A DNA stretch of 64,000 bases, taken from Actinomycetota bacterium (GTDB taxonomy: Bacteria; Actinomycetota; Actinomycetes; S36-B12). Position numbers and translations under genes: made by a program. The notes under the pieces were generated by a model that was not told where the DNA came from, did no database searches, and was given only the letters and a program-made list of their open reading frames with translations. Location: NCBI GenBank assembly GCA_017856385.1, contig JAFMFD010000007.1:1156-65155 (forward strand). The letters run 5' to 3'. Of the stretch, positions 1-8,796 are shown one piece after another. The number at the start of each line of letters is the position of its first letter. The stretch's first letter is position 1.

Positions 1-141
1 CTGGGCATGTTCGCCAAGCAGCCTCGCGACGGCGATGTGCGCTGGTACATGCGCCCTTCACTGCGCACCGCCTACCGCATCGGGGGCATCCTGATGATCA
101 TCGCTGCGGTGTGGCTGACGCAGTTCGCGCCGACGACGTGA
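1..141 (+). CDS. 3' end of a gene starting upstream of the window (C-terminal hydrophobic helix; product unknown)
   Basis: Frame 1 is open from base 1 to TGA 139-141 (..GILMIIAAVWLTQFAPTT*). Codons are GC3-rich. No start lies inside the window. Confidence 0.4.
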   Translation: MGMFAKQPRDGDVRWYMRPSLRTAYRIGGILMIIAAVWLTQFAPTT

Positions 142-175
142 GCCGTGGGCACTTGGACGTCGGAGTCGAGGCGCT

Positions 176-1057
176 TTACGCCCTGAGACGGTGCGCGACC
201 TCGGTCGCGACCATCCGCAGGTAGTCGGCTGGGTCGGTCTCCGTCGCCGACGGCATGAGGATCACCGTGCCCACACCCACGGCGGCGAACCCCTGGGCAC
301 GTTCCGCCACGGCCTCGACATCGTCCACGATCCCGGCGGGCGAGCCGCCCTCCCGCGTGTCGCGGGCGACTGCTGCCGCGGCATCGGGGCCGCGGTAGAA
401 GCGCTGGTACAGGGCGACCTCGAAGGGCTCGTCGACGCCGGCCTCCTGTCGGGCAGCGAGGCAGGCGGCCACGGCCTGACGGGCCTCGTCGATGCTGAAG
501 TCGGCATCCAGCAACACCCCGTCCGCGCACTCGCCTGCGAGCGCGATCGACTTCGGGCCGATCGCGCCGAGCAGGACGGGGACGGGCGTGACGGGAGGCC
601 AGCCGAGCATCACATCGTCCAGCTGGACATACCGGCCGGCTACGGTCACGTGCTCACCTGCGAGCAGCCGGCGCAGTGCGGTGAGGTACTCGCGCGCAAG
701 TCCCATGGGCGACGAGACGCGGGCGCCCACCTGCTCCATCCAAGGCTGCACACCGTGACCGACGGTGACCTTCAGGCGGCCAGGGAACATGCGTGCAAGC
801 GTCGAGACCTCCATCGCCGTGATCGCCACGTTGCGCAGGGGCATGGGCAGCAGGCCGATGCCGACGACCATGCGTTCGGTCGCGGCAAGGATGGCTGCGG
901 CACTCGTGAGGCCACCCTCGAGGAAGCAGTCCTCCCACAGCCACAGCTCGGCGAGGCCTGCGTCCTCCGCCTCTCGCGCTGCGCGGAGCATCTCCTCGGG
1001 GGACACCTGCGGGCGGCAGATCGCCCCGATGACCGGGGAGCCCGGCACTTCACTCAT
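176..1057 (-). CDS. LLM-class (luciferase-like) F420-dependent oxidoreductase
   Basis: 293-aa ORF with ATG at 1057. Sequence style fits the luciferase-like TIM-barrel family (AGLAELWLWEDCF, GIGLLPMPLRN, LLGAIGPKSIALAGECADGVLLD). Strong GC3 bias. Confidence 0.7.
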   Translation of the reverse strand: MSEVPGSPVIGAICRPQVSPEEMLRAAREAEDAGLAELWLWEDCFLEGGLTSAAAILAATERMVVGIGLLPMPLRNVAITAMEVSTLARMFPGRLKVTVGHGVQPWMEQVGARVSSPMGLAREYLTALRRLLAGEHVTVAGRYVQLDDVMLGWPPVTPVPVLLGAIGPKSIALAGECADGVLLDADFSIDEARQAVAACLAARQEAGVDEPFEVALYQRFYRGPDAAAAVARDTREGGSPAGIVDDVEAVAERAQGFAAVGVGTVILMPSATETDPADYLRMVATEVAHRLRA

Positions 1058-1130
1058 GGATCGCTCCTGGGGATCGAGGACTCCGTCGACCGTACCGTCC
1101 TGGGGCGGCGGGCGAGTGCTGCAGCAGGAG

Positions 1131-1664
1131 TCACCGCTGGCGCACGATGCCCGGAACCTCTCGGTATCCGACGCCGATGACCACGGGCACCTCGACCGTC
1201 GACGCGCCCGTCACCACGACCCGGTACGTTCCCGCATCCGCGGTCTCGGTCAGCCGGGCGAGGTAGAGGTAGTCGGTGCCGGTGTAGGGCTCGAAGAACG
1301 GCGTGCGCTCCGTGATCGCCAGGCGCTGCCGGGTCCCGTCAGGGGCGATGACGCGCACGACCGGCAGCTGGGCGGCCGTCAGGCGGTTGGCGGGTGGCTC
1401 ATCGGGTATCAGCAGCTGGATCTCGAGGCGGTCGCCCTTGCGCATGCCCACCCGGAACCCGCGCGTGGTCCCGGTGCGGACCTGCGTGTAGACAGCGAAC
1501 GACACGGTGCCGTCGACGAGCAGCGGTCCGCGGGACGGAGTGGTGTCGGCCGCCGTGAGGATGACGGGCTGGTGGGCGTGTGCTGGAGGAGCGAGCAGAA
1601 GCAGGCTCGTGCTCAGAGCTGCCGTCGCGGCCACGAGCAGTCGTCGGCGACCCACGAGTTCCAC
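1131..1664 (-). CDS. secreted hypothetical protein (signal peptide; predicted mature N-terminal His)
   Basis: Track ORF 1131-1901 trimmed to GTG 1664 (VELVGRRRLLVAATAALSTSLLLLAPPAHA/HQP), a classic n/h/AxA signal peptide. The upstream part of the ORF is an Arg/Pro-rich shadow. GTG 1685 is an alternative start. Confidence 0.55.
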   Translation of the reverse strand: MELVGRRRLLVAATAALSTSLLLLAPPAHAHQPVILTAADTTPSRGPLLVDGTVSFAVYTQVRTGTTRGFRVGMRKGDRLEIQLLIPDEPPANRLTAAQLPVVRVIAPDGTRQRLAITERTPFFEPYTGTDYLYLARLTETADAGTYRVVVTGASTVEVPVVIGVGYREVPGIVRQR

Positions 1665-1702
1665 GAACCCAGTATCCCGGTGGACCGTCGTAGGCACCCC
1701 CC

Positions 1703-2233
1703 ATGCGACGCGTCTGGACCGTGATCGCCTCGACGGGGCTGATCCTGCTGGCGGCGTCGGCTGCAGGCCAGCCGGCCACCGCCGGCGGCACCTGGTACCA
1801 GTCCGTGGGTCGGGCCAGTGCCGATGCGCCGTGCCCGGAGCCGACGTTCGGCACGCCGTGGCAGTCGAACTGGGATCCGGACGAGCAGCCGTGGCGACCA
1901 TCGTGGGGGCAGTGGATGAACGGCGGCACCGGTGGCTTCACCTGCGACCGGTCGATCACCTGGGCGCGCCCCCTCTATCCCTCCGGCCAGTGCCAGGGGA
2001 GCGGCTCGATCTGGTTCCAGTTCGCAGGTGGATGGAGCTACGAGAACGTCTACGGCACCTGGGACCACTACACGTCCTCCAGCTGCACCACGACGACGCC
2101 AGGCGCGGGCTACCAGGTCGTCTACGCCCCACCGGGATTCGATGCCTCGGCCCTCTGCCGCGAGGCGTTCGCGATCACCAGTGCCCCGACAGCGCTGGGC
2201 GGCGACGTGTATGCGTGCGCGATGCTCGTCTAG
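1703..2233 (+). CDS. secreted Trp/Cys-rich hypothetical protein
   Basis: ATG 1703 and signal peptide MRRVWTVIASTGLILLAASAAG. The mature part has six Cys and many Trp. Good GC3 bias. Confidence 0.6.
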   Translation: MRRVWTVIASTGLILLAASAAGQPATAGGTWYQSVGRASADAPCPEPTFGTPWQSNWDPDEQPWRPSWGQWMNGGTGGFTCDRSITWARPLYPSGQCQGSGSIWFQFAGGWSYENVYGTWDHYTSSSCTTTTPGAGYQVVYAPPGFDASALCREAFAITSAPTALGGDVYACAMLV

Positions 2234-2607
2234 CGACCGCGCAGTCGCTGGATCCGCCGACGATCCCGCTTCGTGGGTCGGCCCGCGCCGGGCTCCCGGA
2301 TGATCGGCGCCGGGCGCTCCTCGCGTGGCGGCGGTGGAGGTGAGTGGTCCTCGTAGTTCTGTACCGCGACGGCGGCGCTGACGCGCTTGGCGAGCAGCCC
2401 GGTCACCACGACCACCCGCTCACCGCCAGGTGTCAGGGCCCGCACCGTGTCGCCGATGCGTACCGGATGAGCGGGCTTGACCCGCGCATCGTTGACGCGC
2501 ACATGGCCCCCGCGGCAGGCGGCTGCCGCGATCGACCGGGTGGAGTAGATGCGGACGGCCCACGTCCATGCGTCCACGCGCACAACGGGTGGGGAGGTGT
2601 CCACCAC
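2230..2607 (-). CDS. RNA-binding S4 domain protein (Hsp15-like) with basic C-terminal tail
   Basis: RVDAWTWAVRIYSTRSIAAAACRGGHVRVNDARVKPAHPVRIGD fits the S4 fold pattern. 125 aa. Confidence 0.7.
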   Translation of the reverse strand: MVDTSPPVVRVDAWTWAVRIYSTRSIAAAACRGGHVRVNDARVKPAHPVRIGDTVRALTPGGERVVVVTGLLAKRVSAAVAVQNYEDHSPPPPPREERPAPIIREPGAGRPTKRDRRRIQRLRGR

Positions 2608-2648
2608 GGCAGGCTACCGACGCCGGCATGACCTGATTGACTCCTCGC

Positions 2649-3287
2649 ATGCGGATCGATGTCTGGGCCGACCTCGTGTGCCCGTGGTGCTTCATCGGAA
2701 AGGTTCGATTGCAGGAGGCGCTGCGCGACATCGCGATGAGCGACGAGGTGCAGATCCGCCACCGCGCCTTCCAGCTCGATCCGTCAGCCCACGGCCCCAG
2801 TGCGCCCACGCTGGATCATCTGGCCGCCAAGTACGGCGTCACGCGTGACCAGGCGCTGGCGATGATGGCCCGGGTCACGCAGGTCGCGGCCGCGGAGGGC
2901 CTGCACTACCGGCTCGACGAGACGATGACGGGCAACACCCGTGATGCGCACCGTGTCGTGCTCTGGGTCCAGGACGAGCATGCTGGCCTGGCTCAGCCGC
3001 TGCTGAACGATCTCTACTCCGCCTACTTCGAGCGAGGTGCGTCGATCTTCACGGGTGAGGACCTCGTGCCCTTCGTCCGTGGCCTGGGGATCGACGACGA
3101 GGCCATGATGCGGATGCTCGTCACCGATGACTACGTCGATCGTGTTGCCGAGGACCAGGATGCTGCGCGGAGCCTGGGCGCGAACGGTGTGCCGTTCTTC
3201 GTGTTCGACGATGCGATCGGCGTCTCCGGGGCGCAGCCGCTGGAGGTGTTCCGGAGCGCACTCGAGCAGGCGATCGGCGCGAGGTAG
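2649..3287 (+). CDS. DsbA/FrnE-family thiol:disulfide oxidoreductase
   Basis: Thioredoxin-fold CPWC active site near the N-terminus (VWADLVCPWCFIGK) and DsbA-like length. I prefer ATG 2649 over the track's TTG 2637. Confidence 0.8.
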   Translation: MRIDVWADLVCPWCFIGKVRLQEALRDIAMSDEVQIRHRAFQLDPSAHGPSAPTLDHLAAKYGVTRDQALAMMARVTQVAAAEGLHYRLDETMTGNTRDAHRVVLWVQDEHAGLAQPLLNDLYSAYFERGASIFTGEDLVPFVRGLGIDDEAMMRMLVTDDYVDRVAEDQDAARSLGANGVPFFVFDDAIGVSGAQPLEVFRSALEQAIGAR

Positions 3288-3328
3288 GGCCCTCTCGGCG
3301 GTAGCCTGCGGCGCATCGTTGAAGTCAG

Positions 3329-4042
3329 GTGATGCCGAGTGCTGGAGGGGCAGTGATGGTCGTTCAGTCAGTGGACGTGGCTGTGGGAAGCGGCGCCTTC
3401 ACCGCCCTGGAGGTCATTGGGATCGTCGCGTGCGGAGTGTCGGGTGTGATCGCCGCGGCACGAGCGCGGATGGACTGGCTTGGCGCCATCGTCCTCGCGG
3501 TGGTGGTGGCGATCGGCGGCGGCACCCTGCGTGACCTGCTGCTCGGGCGACTTCCGGTCGTGTGGCTTGAGACGTACTGGCCAATCCTGGTGGCGCTGCT
3601 GACTTCCGTGGTGATGATCATCGTGTTCCGCCTGTGGCCTCACATCGACGTCGAGCGCTCCCGGGCCCTGGTGATCGCGGACGCTGCGGGGCTCAGCGCC
3701 TTCGTGGTGCTCGGCACGGACATCGGCCTGCAGGCCGGGATCGCCCCTGTGCTCGCCGTGATGCTCGGTGTGCTCACGGGCGTGGGCGGAGGAGTGATCC
3801 GCGATCTGCTCACCGGTGTGCGGCCGATGGTGCTGACCGGACCTGTCTATGCCTCCGCCGGCGTTGCGGGTGCCGTCTGCTTCCTGGCGATGAGTGAGCT
3901 GGGCCTGCCACCGACCCTGGACACGTGGACGGCCGTGCTGGTGGTGTTCGCCGTCCGGATGCTCGCCGTCCGCTACAACTGGAGCCTGCCCCTGGTGGAG
4001 CCGGAGAGGAAGAATGCCGGAGTGCCTGAGGGCGAGCAGTAG
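3329..4042 (+). CDS. UPF0126 / TRIC-type cation channel family membrane protein
   Basis: Duplicated glycine-rich motif (GGGTLRDLLLG and GGGVIRDLLTG) and about 7 hydrophobic helices. Start uncertain (ATG 3329 or 3356). Confidence 0.7.
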   Translation: MMPSAGGAVMVVQSVDVAVGSGAFTALEVIGIVACGVSGVIAAARARMDWLGAIVLAVVVAIGGGTLRDLLLGRLPVVWLETYWPILVALLTSVVMIIVFRLWPHIDVERSRALVIADAAGLSAFVVLGTDIGLQAGIAPVLAVMLGVLTGVGGGVIRDLLTGVRPMVLTGPVYASAGVAGAVCFLAMSELGLPPTLDTWTAVLVVFAVRMLAVRYNWSLPLVEPERKNAGVPEGEQ

Positions 4043-4117
4043 GCAGCAGATTCCGGGCTTCGCCAGACTCGAGGGTCCGAGCCCCGCTAGCGTGCCCGGC
4101 ATGAGGATCGCTATGAG

Positions 4118-4477
4118 TTGCCCGTGAACCGGCCCGGCCCGGCGTTCATCCTCGCGATCGTCAGCCTCATCGTCTCGCCGGTCGTGCTCTTCGTCGAGCT
4201 GACGGCCCTGCTCTTCGCCGCGATGGTCGTGTACGAGCCGAGCAATCCGGTGCTCGTCAAGGTGCTGGTGGTCGCCCTCGTCGTCGTGATCGGACTCGTC
4301 TCGCTAATCCTGCCGATCGTCGCCCTGCGAGCCAGCGCGAGGGCACGCTCGGCGTCCAAGAGAGATGCGAGTCAGGGCTCGGGCCTCGCCACCGCCGCGC
4401 TCGTGATCGCGGCGATCGTCACAGTCGGGGTCATAATCACGCAGATCTACGTGGTCTACTCGGCCGTGAGCGCCTGA
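4118..4477 (+). CDS. small integral membrane protein, function unknown
   Basis: 119-aa ORF with four hydrophobic segments and GC3 bias. The start is a non-ATG codon (TTG 4118 or GTG 4124). Confidence 0.5.
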   Translation: MPVNRPGPAFILAIVSLIVSPVVLFVELTALLFAAMVVYEPSNPVLVKVLVVALVVVIGLVSLILPIVALRASARARSASKRDASQGSGLATAALVIAAIVTVGVIITQIYVVYSAVSA

Positions 4478-4532
4478 CGCCTCGAGAGCTGCTAGCGCCA
4501 TCGGGTCACGTAGGCGCCGACTGACCTCCCCG

Positions 4533-5423
4533 TCAGTTCAGGCAGTCGATGGCGCCGGTGCCGAGTGGGTTCTCGCCGGCATCGACCTTGTAGCCGATGC
4601 AGGCGGGCAGCGGCACGCCGTTCTCGACGCCGCCGGGATCGCCGAACCGGGACTGCAGTTGTGCCACCGCTGCCGGGGTGAAGATCGTGGGAGCGCCCAT
4701 GGCCTGCCCGACATTCATGTGGAAGTGCAGGTGCGTGCCGCTCGTCTGCCCCGGTGGCACGTAGAGGTAGCCCAGGACATCGCCCTTCTTCACCTGCTGG
4801 CCGTTCCTGACCTTGAGGAAGTTGGTGTAGTAGCCGGAGGAGGGCTCCATGACGAAGGGTTCGAGGGAGTAGTTCAGCGTGATGTCGTCGTTGCCCTGCC
4901 GTCCGATGACGAGGTTGAAACCGTAGGCCTGGTGCGAGCCCATCTGCCGTAGCGGCTCGACGCTCGACACCACGCCGTCGGCGACCGCACGCACTGCCGG
5001 GTAGGCGGTCGGATCGAGCGCAGTCGCGAACGGTCCGACTCCTTGGAAGTTCACGTGCATGCCCTTGTGCGGCATCTGCGACCGTACCCCGAGGAAGGGG
5101 GCCACCGAGCTGGCGTTGGCGATATCGATGGGCAGGACGTCGCTGCGATGGGCGGTGAGCGTGGCCAGATCCGGGAGGCCAGTCCCGGCTGATCCGCCGC
5201 CTGAGCCGGAGGTCCCCCCGGCCTGCTGCACGACGCGCCAGATGCGCTTCTTGCCCTTCTTCACGCAGACCAGCTCCGTGCCGTTCACGCGCACGTGCAG
5301 GCCCACCTGCGTGCAGGTGCCACCAGCCTTGGGCGAGGGTGCGGCCGCCGTCTGTGCCGCGCTAGCGACGACCATCGCAGCGCACAGCAGCGAGGTGAGG
5401 ACAATCGATCGGGAATGGCGCAC
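4533..5423 (-). CDS. secreted M23 (LytM)-like metallopeptidase domain protein
   Basis: Signal peptide MRHSRSIVLTSLLCAAMVVASAAQTAAA. C-terminal GDVLGYL..GTHLHFHM resembles the M23 HxH motif. The upstream HxxxD motif is not clear. Confidence 0.55.
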   Translation of the reverse strand: MRHSRSIVLTSLLCAAMVVASAAQTAAAPSPKAGGTCTQVGLHVRVNGTELVCVKKGKKRIWRVVQQAGGTSGSGGGSAGTGLPDLATLTAHRSDVLPIDIANASSVAPFLGVRSQMPHKGMHVNFQGVGPFATALDPTAYPAVRAVADGVVSSVEPLRQMGSHQAYGFNLVIGRQGNDDITLNYSLEPFVMEPSSGYYTNFLKVRNGQQVKKGDVLGYLYVPPGQTSGTHLHFHMNVGQAMGAPTIFTPAAVAQLQSRFGDPGGVENGVPLPACIGYKVDAGENPLGTGAIDCLN

Positions 5424-5749
5424 GGGCTGATTATTGCCGCGGCCGCTGACGTTCGCGAAGACCTTGAGCGAGTACCTCGGTGACCAACGGTGGCACGGGG
5501 GGCCATCACCCCTGAGCCAGAAGGATCAGGAAACCACTCCTTCGGCGGGAAGGGCGTGCTCCAAGGCTCGACCCAAAGCCGGGAGGTCATTCACAATCGT
5601 GAGCCACACGATGCAAAGATCAATAATGCGCCGGTAACACCAGCATTAGCGTCGCTTTTCGCACTGGCGAACGTCACGACACCCACACTCGACACTGGAA
5701 CGCGCCCTTCGAAACGAGGACGACTACCGAGGCAGGGAACGCGGGCCGA

Positions 5750-6814
5750 TCAGCCGAGGAGTGACTGATCGCCCTCGGCGGCGAAGAGGTAGGTGCGCGA
5801 TGGCATGACGTGGACGACCGATCCCAGCGCTGGGCGGATCGAGGGGTCCACGCGAGCCACCAGGAGGGGGCCCTCCGACAGTCGCCCGTATATGTACGTG
5901 TCCGCGCCCAGCATCTCCACGAGTTCCACCGTGATTGCCACCCCTGAGCCGACGACGTCGAGGTCCTCCGGGCGCACGCCGAGCAGGGCGCGTCCGGACG
6001 TCACTTTGGCCAGGACCTCCCGGTCGACGGGGATCGTCGTTCCCGCGAGTGACACTCCCGCGTCGACTACGTCGACCTCCGCGAGATTCATGCTCGGCGA
6101 GCCGATGAACGAGGCGACGAAGGCATTGACGGGGCGGTCGTAGACCGCGGCCGGGGAATCGACCTGCTGGATCTCACCGTCCTTGAGGATCGCGACGCGA
6201 TCGCCGAGGGTCATCGCCTCGACCTGATCGTGGGTGACGTAGACCATGGTGGTGCCGAGGCGGCGCTGGAGCGTCGCGATCTGCGCGCGGGTCTGCACCC
6301 GGAGCTTGGCATCGAGATTGCTCAGGGGCTCATCCATGAGGAAGGCCTGGGGCTCGCGCACGATCGCGCGGCCCATGGCGACGCGCTGGCGCTGCCCGCC
6401 CGACAGCGCGCCCGGCTTGCGGTCCAGGTAGGGCTCGAGATCTAGCAGGCGCGCGGCCGCACCCACGCGCGTCTTGATCTCGTCCTTGGGCACCTTGGCG
6501 ACCTTGAGCGCGAAGCCCATGTTCTGCGCGACCGTCATCTGCGGGTAGAGGGCGTAGTTCTGGAAAACCATCGCGACGTCGCGATCCTTGGCCGGCACCC
6601 GTGTGACATCGCGATCGCCGATCAGGATGCGGCCCGCCGAGACGCCCTCCAGCCCGGCGAGAGCCCGCAGGAAGGTGGACTTGCCGCAGCCCGACGGCCC
6701 AACGAGGACAAGGAGTTCGCCCTCGGGCACCTCAAGGCTGACCTCGCGGAGGGCCGGTGCCGACATGCCCGGATAGGTCACGCTCACACCGTCGAACACC
6801 ACGCGCTCGCTCAT
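5750..6814 (-). CDS. sugar ABC transporter ATP-binding protein (MalK/UgpC/MsiK type)
   Basis: Walker A GPSGCGKST, signature LSGGQRQRVA, Walker B FLMDEPLSNLD, plus a C-terminal MalK-like regulatory domain. Confidence 0.9.
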   Translation of the reverse strand: MSERVVFDGVSVTYPGMSAPALREVSLEVPEGELLVLVGPSGCGKSTFLRALAGLEGVSAGRILIGDRDVTRVPAKDRDVAMVFQNYALYPQMTVAQNMGFALKVAKVPKDEIKTRVGAAARLLDLEPYLDRKPGALSGGQRQRVAMGRAIVREPQAFLMDEPLSNLDAKLRVQTRAQIATLQRRLGTTMVYVTHDQVEAMTLGDRVAILKDGEIQQVDSPAAVYDRPVNAFVASFIGSPSMNLAEVDVVDAGVSLAGTTIPVDREVLAKVTSGRALLGVRPEDLDVVGSGVAITVELVEMLGADTYIYGRLSEGPLLVARVDPSIRPALGSVVHVMPSRTYLFAAEGDQSLLG

Positions 6815-6856
6815 CGTCCCGGTCTCCTCGATCCTCTGCTTCTCGGTCCTGCGCGT

Positions 6857-7963
6857 CTAGCTGCTCGTGTCGTGCTTGCGGCGTTCGTCCATGACGAACT
6901 CCGACTCGTGCGTGTAGTCCGGTTCCGGGAACTCGCTCGTGATCGCGATCGCGCGGCCCTCCTCGGCCGAGCGCATCGCGGCCAGCATGACCTCGAGGAC
7001 GTGGTAGGCCTGCTCGGGGCGAGTCACGGACGGTACCCCGCGCTCGATGCAGGAGATCAGGTGAGCGACACCATCGGTCCACGGCCAGTCCGGCGCCGTC
7101 TCCTCGTGGATCTCCCAGTAGCCGGACTCGTTGCGCCACACCTCGAAGCCGCGCGGTGCCCAGTCATCGCCGAGCATGTCCATGCTGCCCTCGAGTCCGT
7201 AGAGCTCGACCGCCGGTGCCCGGCCGTACTTCTGGATCGTGAAGCCGGTCGTCACCGAGGCGTAGACCTCATTGCCGAAATCGAGGAGCACCTGGGCGTT
7301 GTCATCGGCAGTGACCCGCATGGGCTCGCCGTTGACCATGCGCTCCTTGATCGCCGTCCCGACGAGTGCGGTCACGCGCTTCACCGAGCCGAGGAAGCCG
7401 CACAGGGTGGTGACGTTGTAGACACCCAGATCGAAGAGCGAGCCGCCGCCCGGCTGGTAGAACCACTCTCCCCACCACGGCCCCGACCAGCCGTAGAGGG
7501 CGCGCGCGAGCTTGACGTCGCCGATCTCTCCGGCGCGCAGGCGCCGATGCATCTCGCGATAGGTGGGTGAGAGCAGCACGTGCGGTGCGCACACCATGAT
7601 GCGATCCGACTTCTGGCTCAGCCGGACGAGCTCGGCCGCCTGGTCCATGGATGTCGCCATGGGCTTCTCGATGAGCACATGCTTGCCCGCGGAGTACGCC
7701 GCGATGCCCAGGTCACCGTGCTCATTCATGCTCGTGAGGACGAGCACCGCGTCGACCTCGGGATCGGCGATCACCGCAGCGGCGCTTGCGACCAGTCCCA
7801 CGCCCGGGAAGAGCTCCTCGGCTACCGCGCCGCGCTCTGCCTTAGGGTCGTAGGCACACACGACTGCGGCGCGGCCAGAACGCACAATCGGGTCGACGAC
7901 CGCGGCGTAGCGCTCGAAGACGCGGCCGAGGCCGATGACACCGAGACGGACGGGCTGGGACAC
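6857..7963 (-). CDS. Gfo/Idh/MocA family oxidoreductase
   Basis: N-terminal Rossmann RLGVIGLGRVFERY and EKP motif (HVLIEKPMA). 368 aa. Confidence 0.85.
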   Translation of the reverse strand: MSQPVRLGVIGLGRVFERYAAVVDPIVRSGRAAVVCAYDPKAERGAVAEELFPGVGLVASAAAVIADPEVDAVLVLTSMNEHGDLGIAAYSAGKHVLIEKPMATSMDQAAELVRLSQKSDRIMVCAPHVLLSPTYREMHRRLRAGEIGDVKLARALYGWSGPWWGEWFYQPGGGSLFDLGVYNVTTLCGFLGSVKRVTALVGTAIKERMVNGEPMRVTADDNAQVLLDFGNEVYASVTTGFTIQKYGRAPAVELYGLEGSMDMLGDDWAPRGFEVWRNESGYWEIHEETAPDWPWTDGVAHLISCIERGVPSVTRPEQAYHVLEVMLAAMRSAEEGRAIAITSEFPEPDYTHESEFVMDERRKHDTSS

Positions 7964-7974
7964 GGGTGGATCTC

Positions 7975-8796
7975 CTATTCCTTGATCGAGCCGGCGAGGA
8001 TCCCCCGGGTGAAGCTGCGCTGCAGCAGGATGAAGACGATGACGACGGGGATGATCGTGATGATCGAGGCCGCTCCGAGATAGGCGAAGTCGGTGCGGCG
8101 CGCTCCCTCGAAGGTGACCAGGGCCATGGGTGCGGTCTGCAGGTCGGATCCCGAGAGCATCACGAGCGGCAGCAGGAAGTCATTCCAGTTCCACACGAAG
8201 AACAGCACGGCCAGAGTGAGCATCTGCGGTCGGGCCAGCGGCACGAGGACGCGTGTGAGCGTCTGCCAGGAGTTGGCACCGTCGATCCACGCGGCCTCGA
8301 CGAGGGAGCGTGCCGACTGCACGAAGAAGGCACGCATCCAGAAGACTCCGAAGGCCACGGAGAAGCCGACCTGCGGCAAAATCACCGACCAGTAGTTGTT
8401 GTCGAGGTTGAAGCGCCGCATGTCGAGGAAGAGCGGCACGATCATCGACTCGAGCGGCATGAGGATGCCGAGGATGAGCAGGGCGAAGATCGCCGAGCGG
8501 CCCGGGAAGTCCATGAGGGCGATGGCATAGCCCGCCGGCACGCTGAGGATCACCGACACCACGACGACGACGCTGGTGATGATGAAGCTCGTGCGGATGG
8601 CGGGGCCGAAGTCGCCCTTCTCCCAGACGTCGGCGAAGTTGCCGAAGTTGGTCGCGTTGGCGATGTCGAGGTTGATGCCGATCCGCCCGGGCTCGCCGAG
8701 CGCGAGGATCATGACGCCCAGCAGCGGGCCGAGGGAGATGAGCGCGGCCAGGCTGAGCAGGACGTAGCCGAGGATCACGTCGCGGCGGGCGATCAT
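7975..8796 (-). CDS. carbohydrate ABC transporter permease (MalG-like)
   Basis: Track ORF 7975-9072 trimmed to ATG 8796, which overlaps the upstream stop (ATGA). Six TM segments and EAA loop EAAWIDGANSWQTLTRVLVPLARP. Confidence 0.85.
   Translation of the reverse strand: MIARRDVILGYVLLSLAALISLGPLLGVMILALGEPGRIGINLDIANATNFGNFADVWEKGDFGPAIRTSFIITSVVVVVSVILSVPAGYAIALMDFPGRSAIFALLILGILMPLESMIVPLFLDMRRFNLDNNYWSVILPQVGFSVAFGVFWMRAFFVQSARSLVEAAWIDGANSWQTLTRVLVPLARPQMLTLAVLFFVWNWNDFLLPLVMLSGSDLQTAPMALVTFEGARRTDFAYLGAASIITIIPVVIVFILLQRSFTRGILAGSIKE

Noticed and set aside
5424-5749. ydaO-type c-di-AMP riboswitch upstream of the M23-like peptidase
   Set aside because: The context is right and there are loose resemblances (GGGGTGA, CCCGCCGAAGGAG). 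However, the highly conserved 3' block as I remember it (..CCGAAUCCG.CAGCUAACCUCGUAAGCG) and the 5' UCGCU..AAUC element are absent. This needs cmsearch before any claim.
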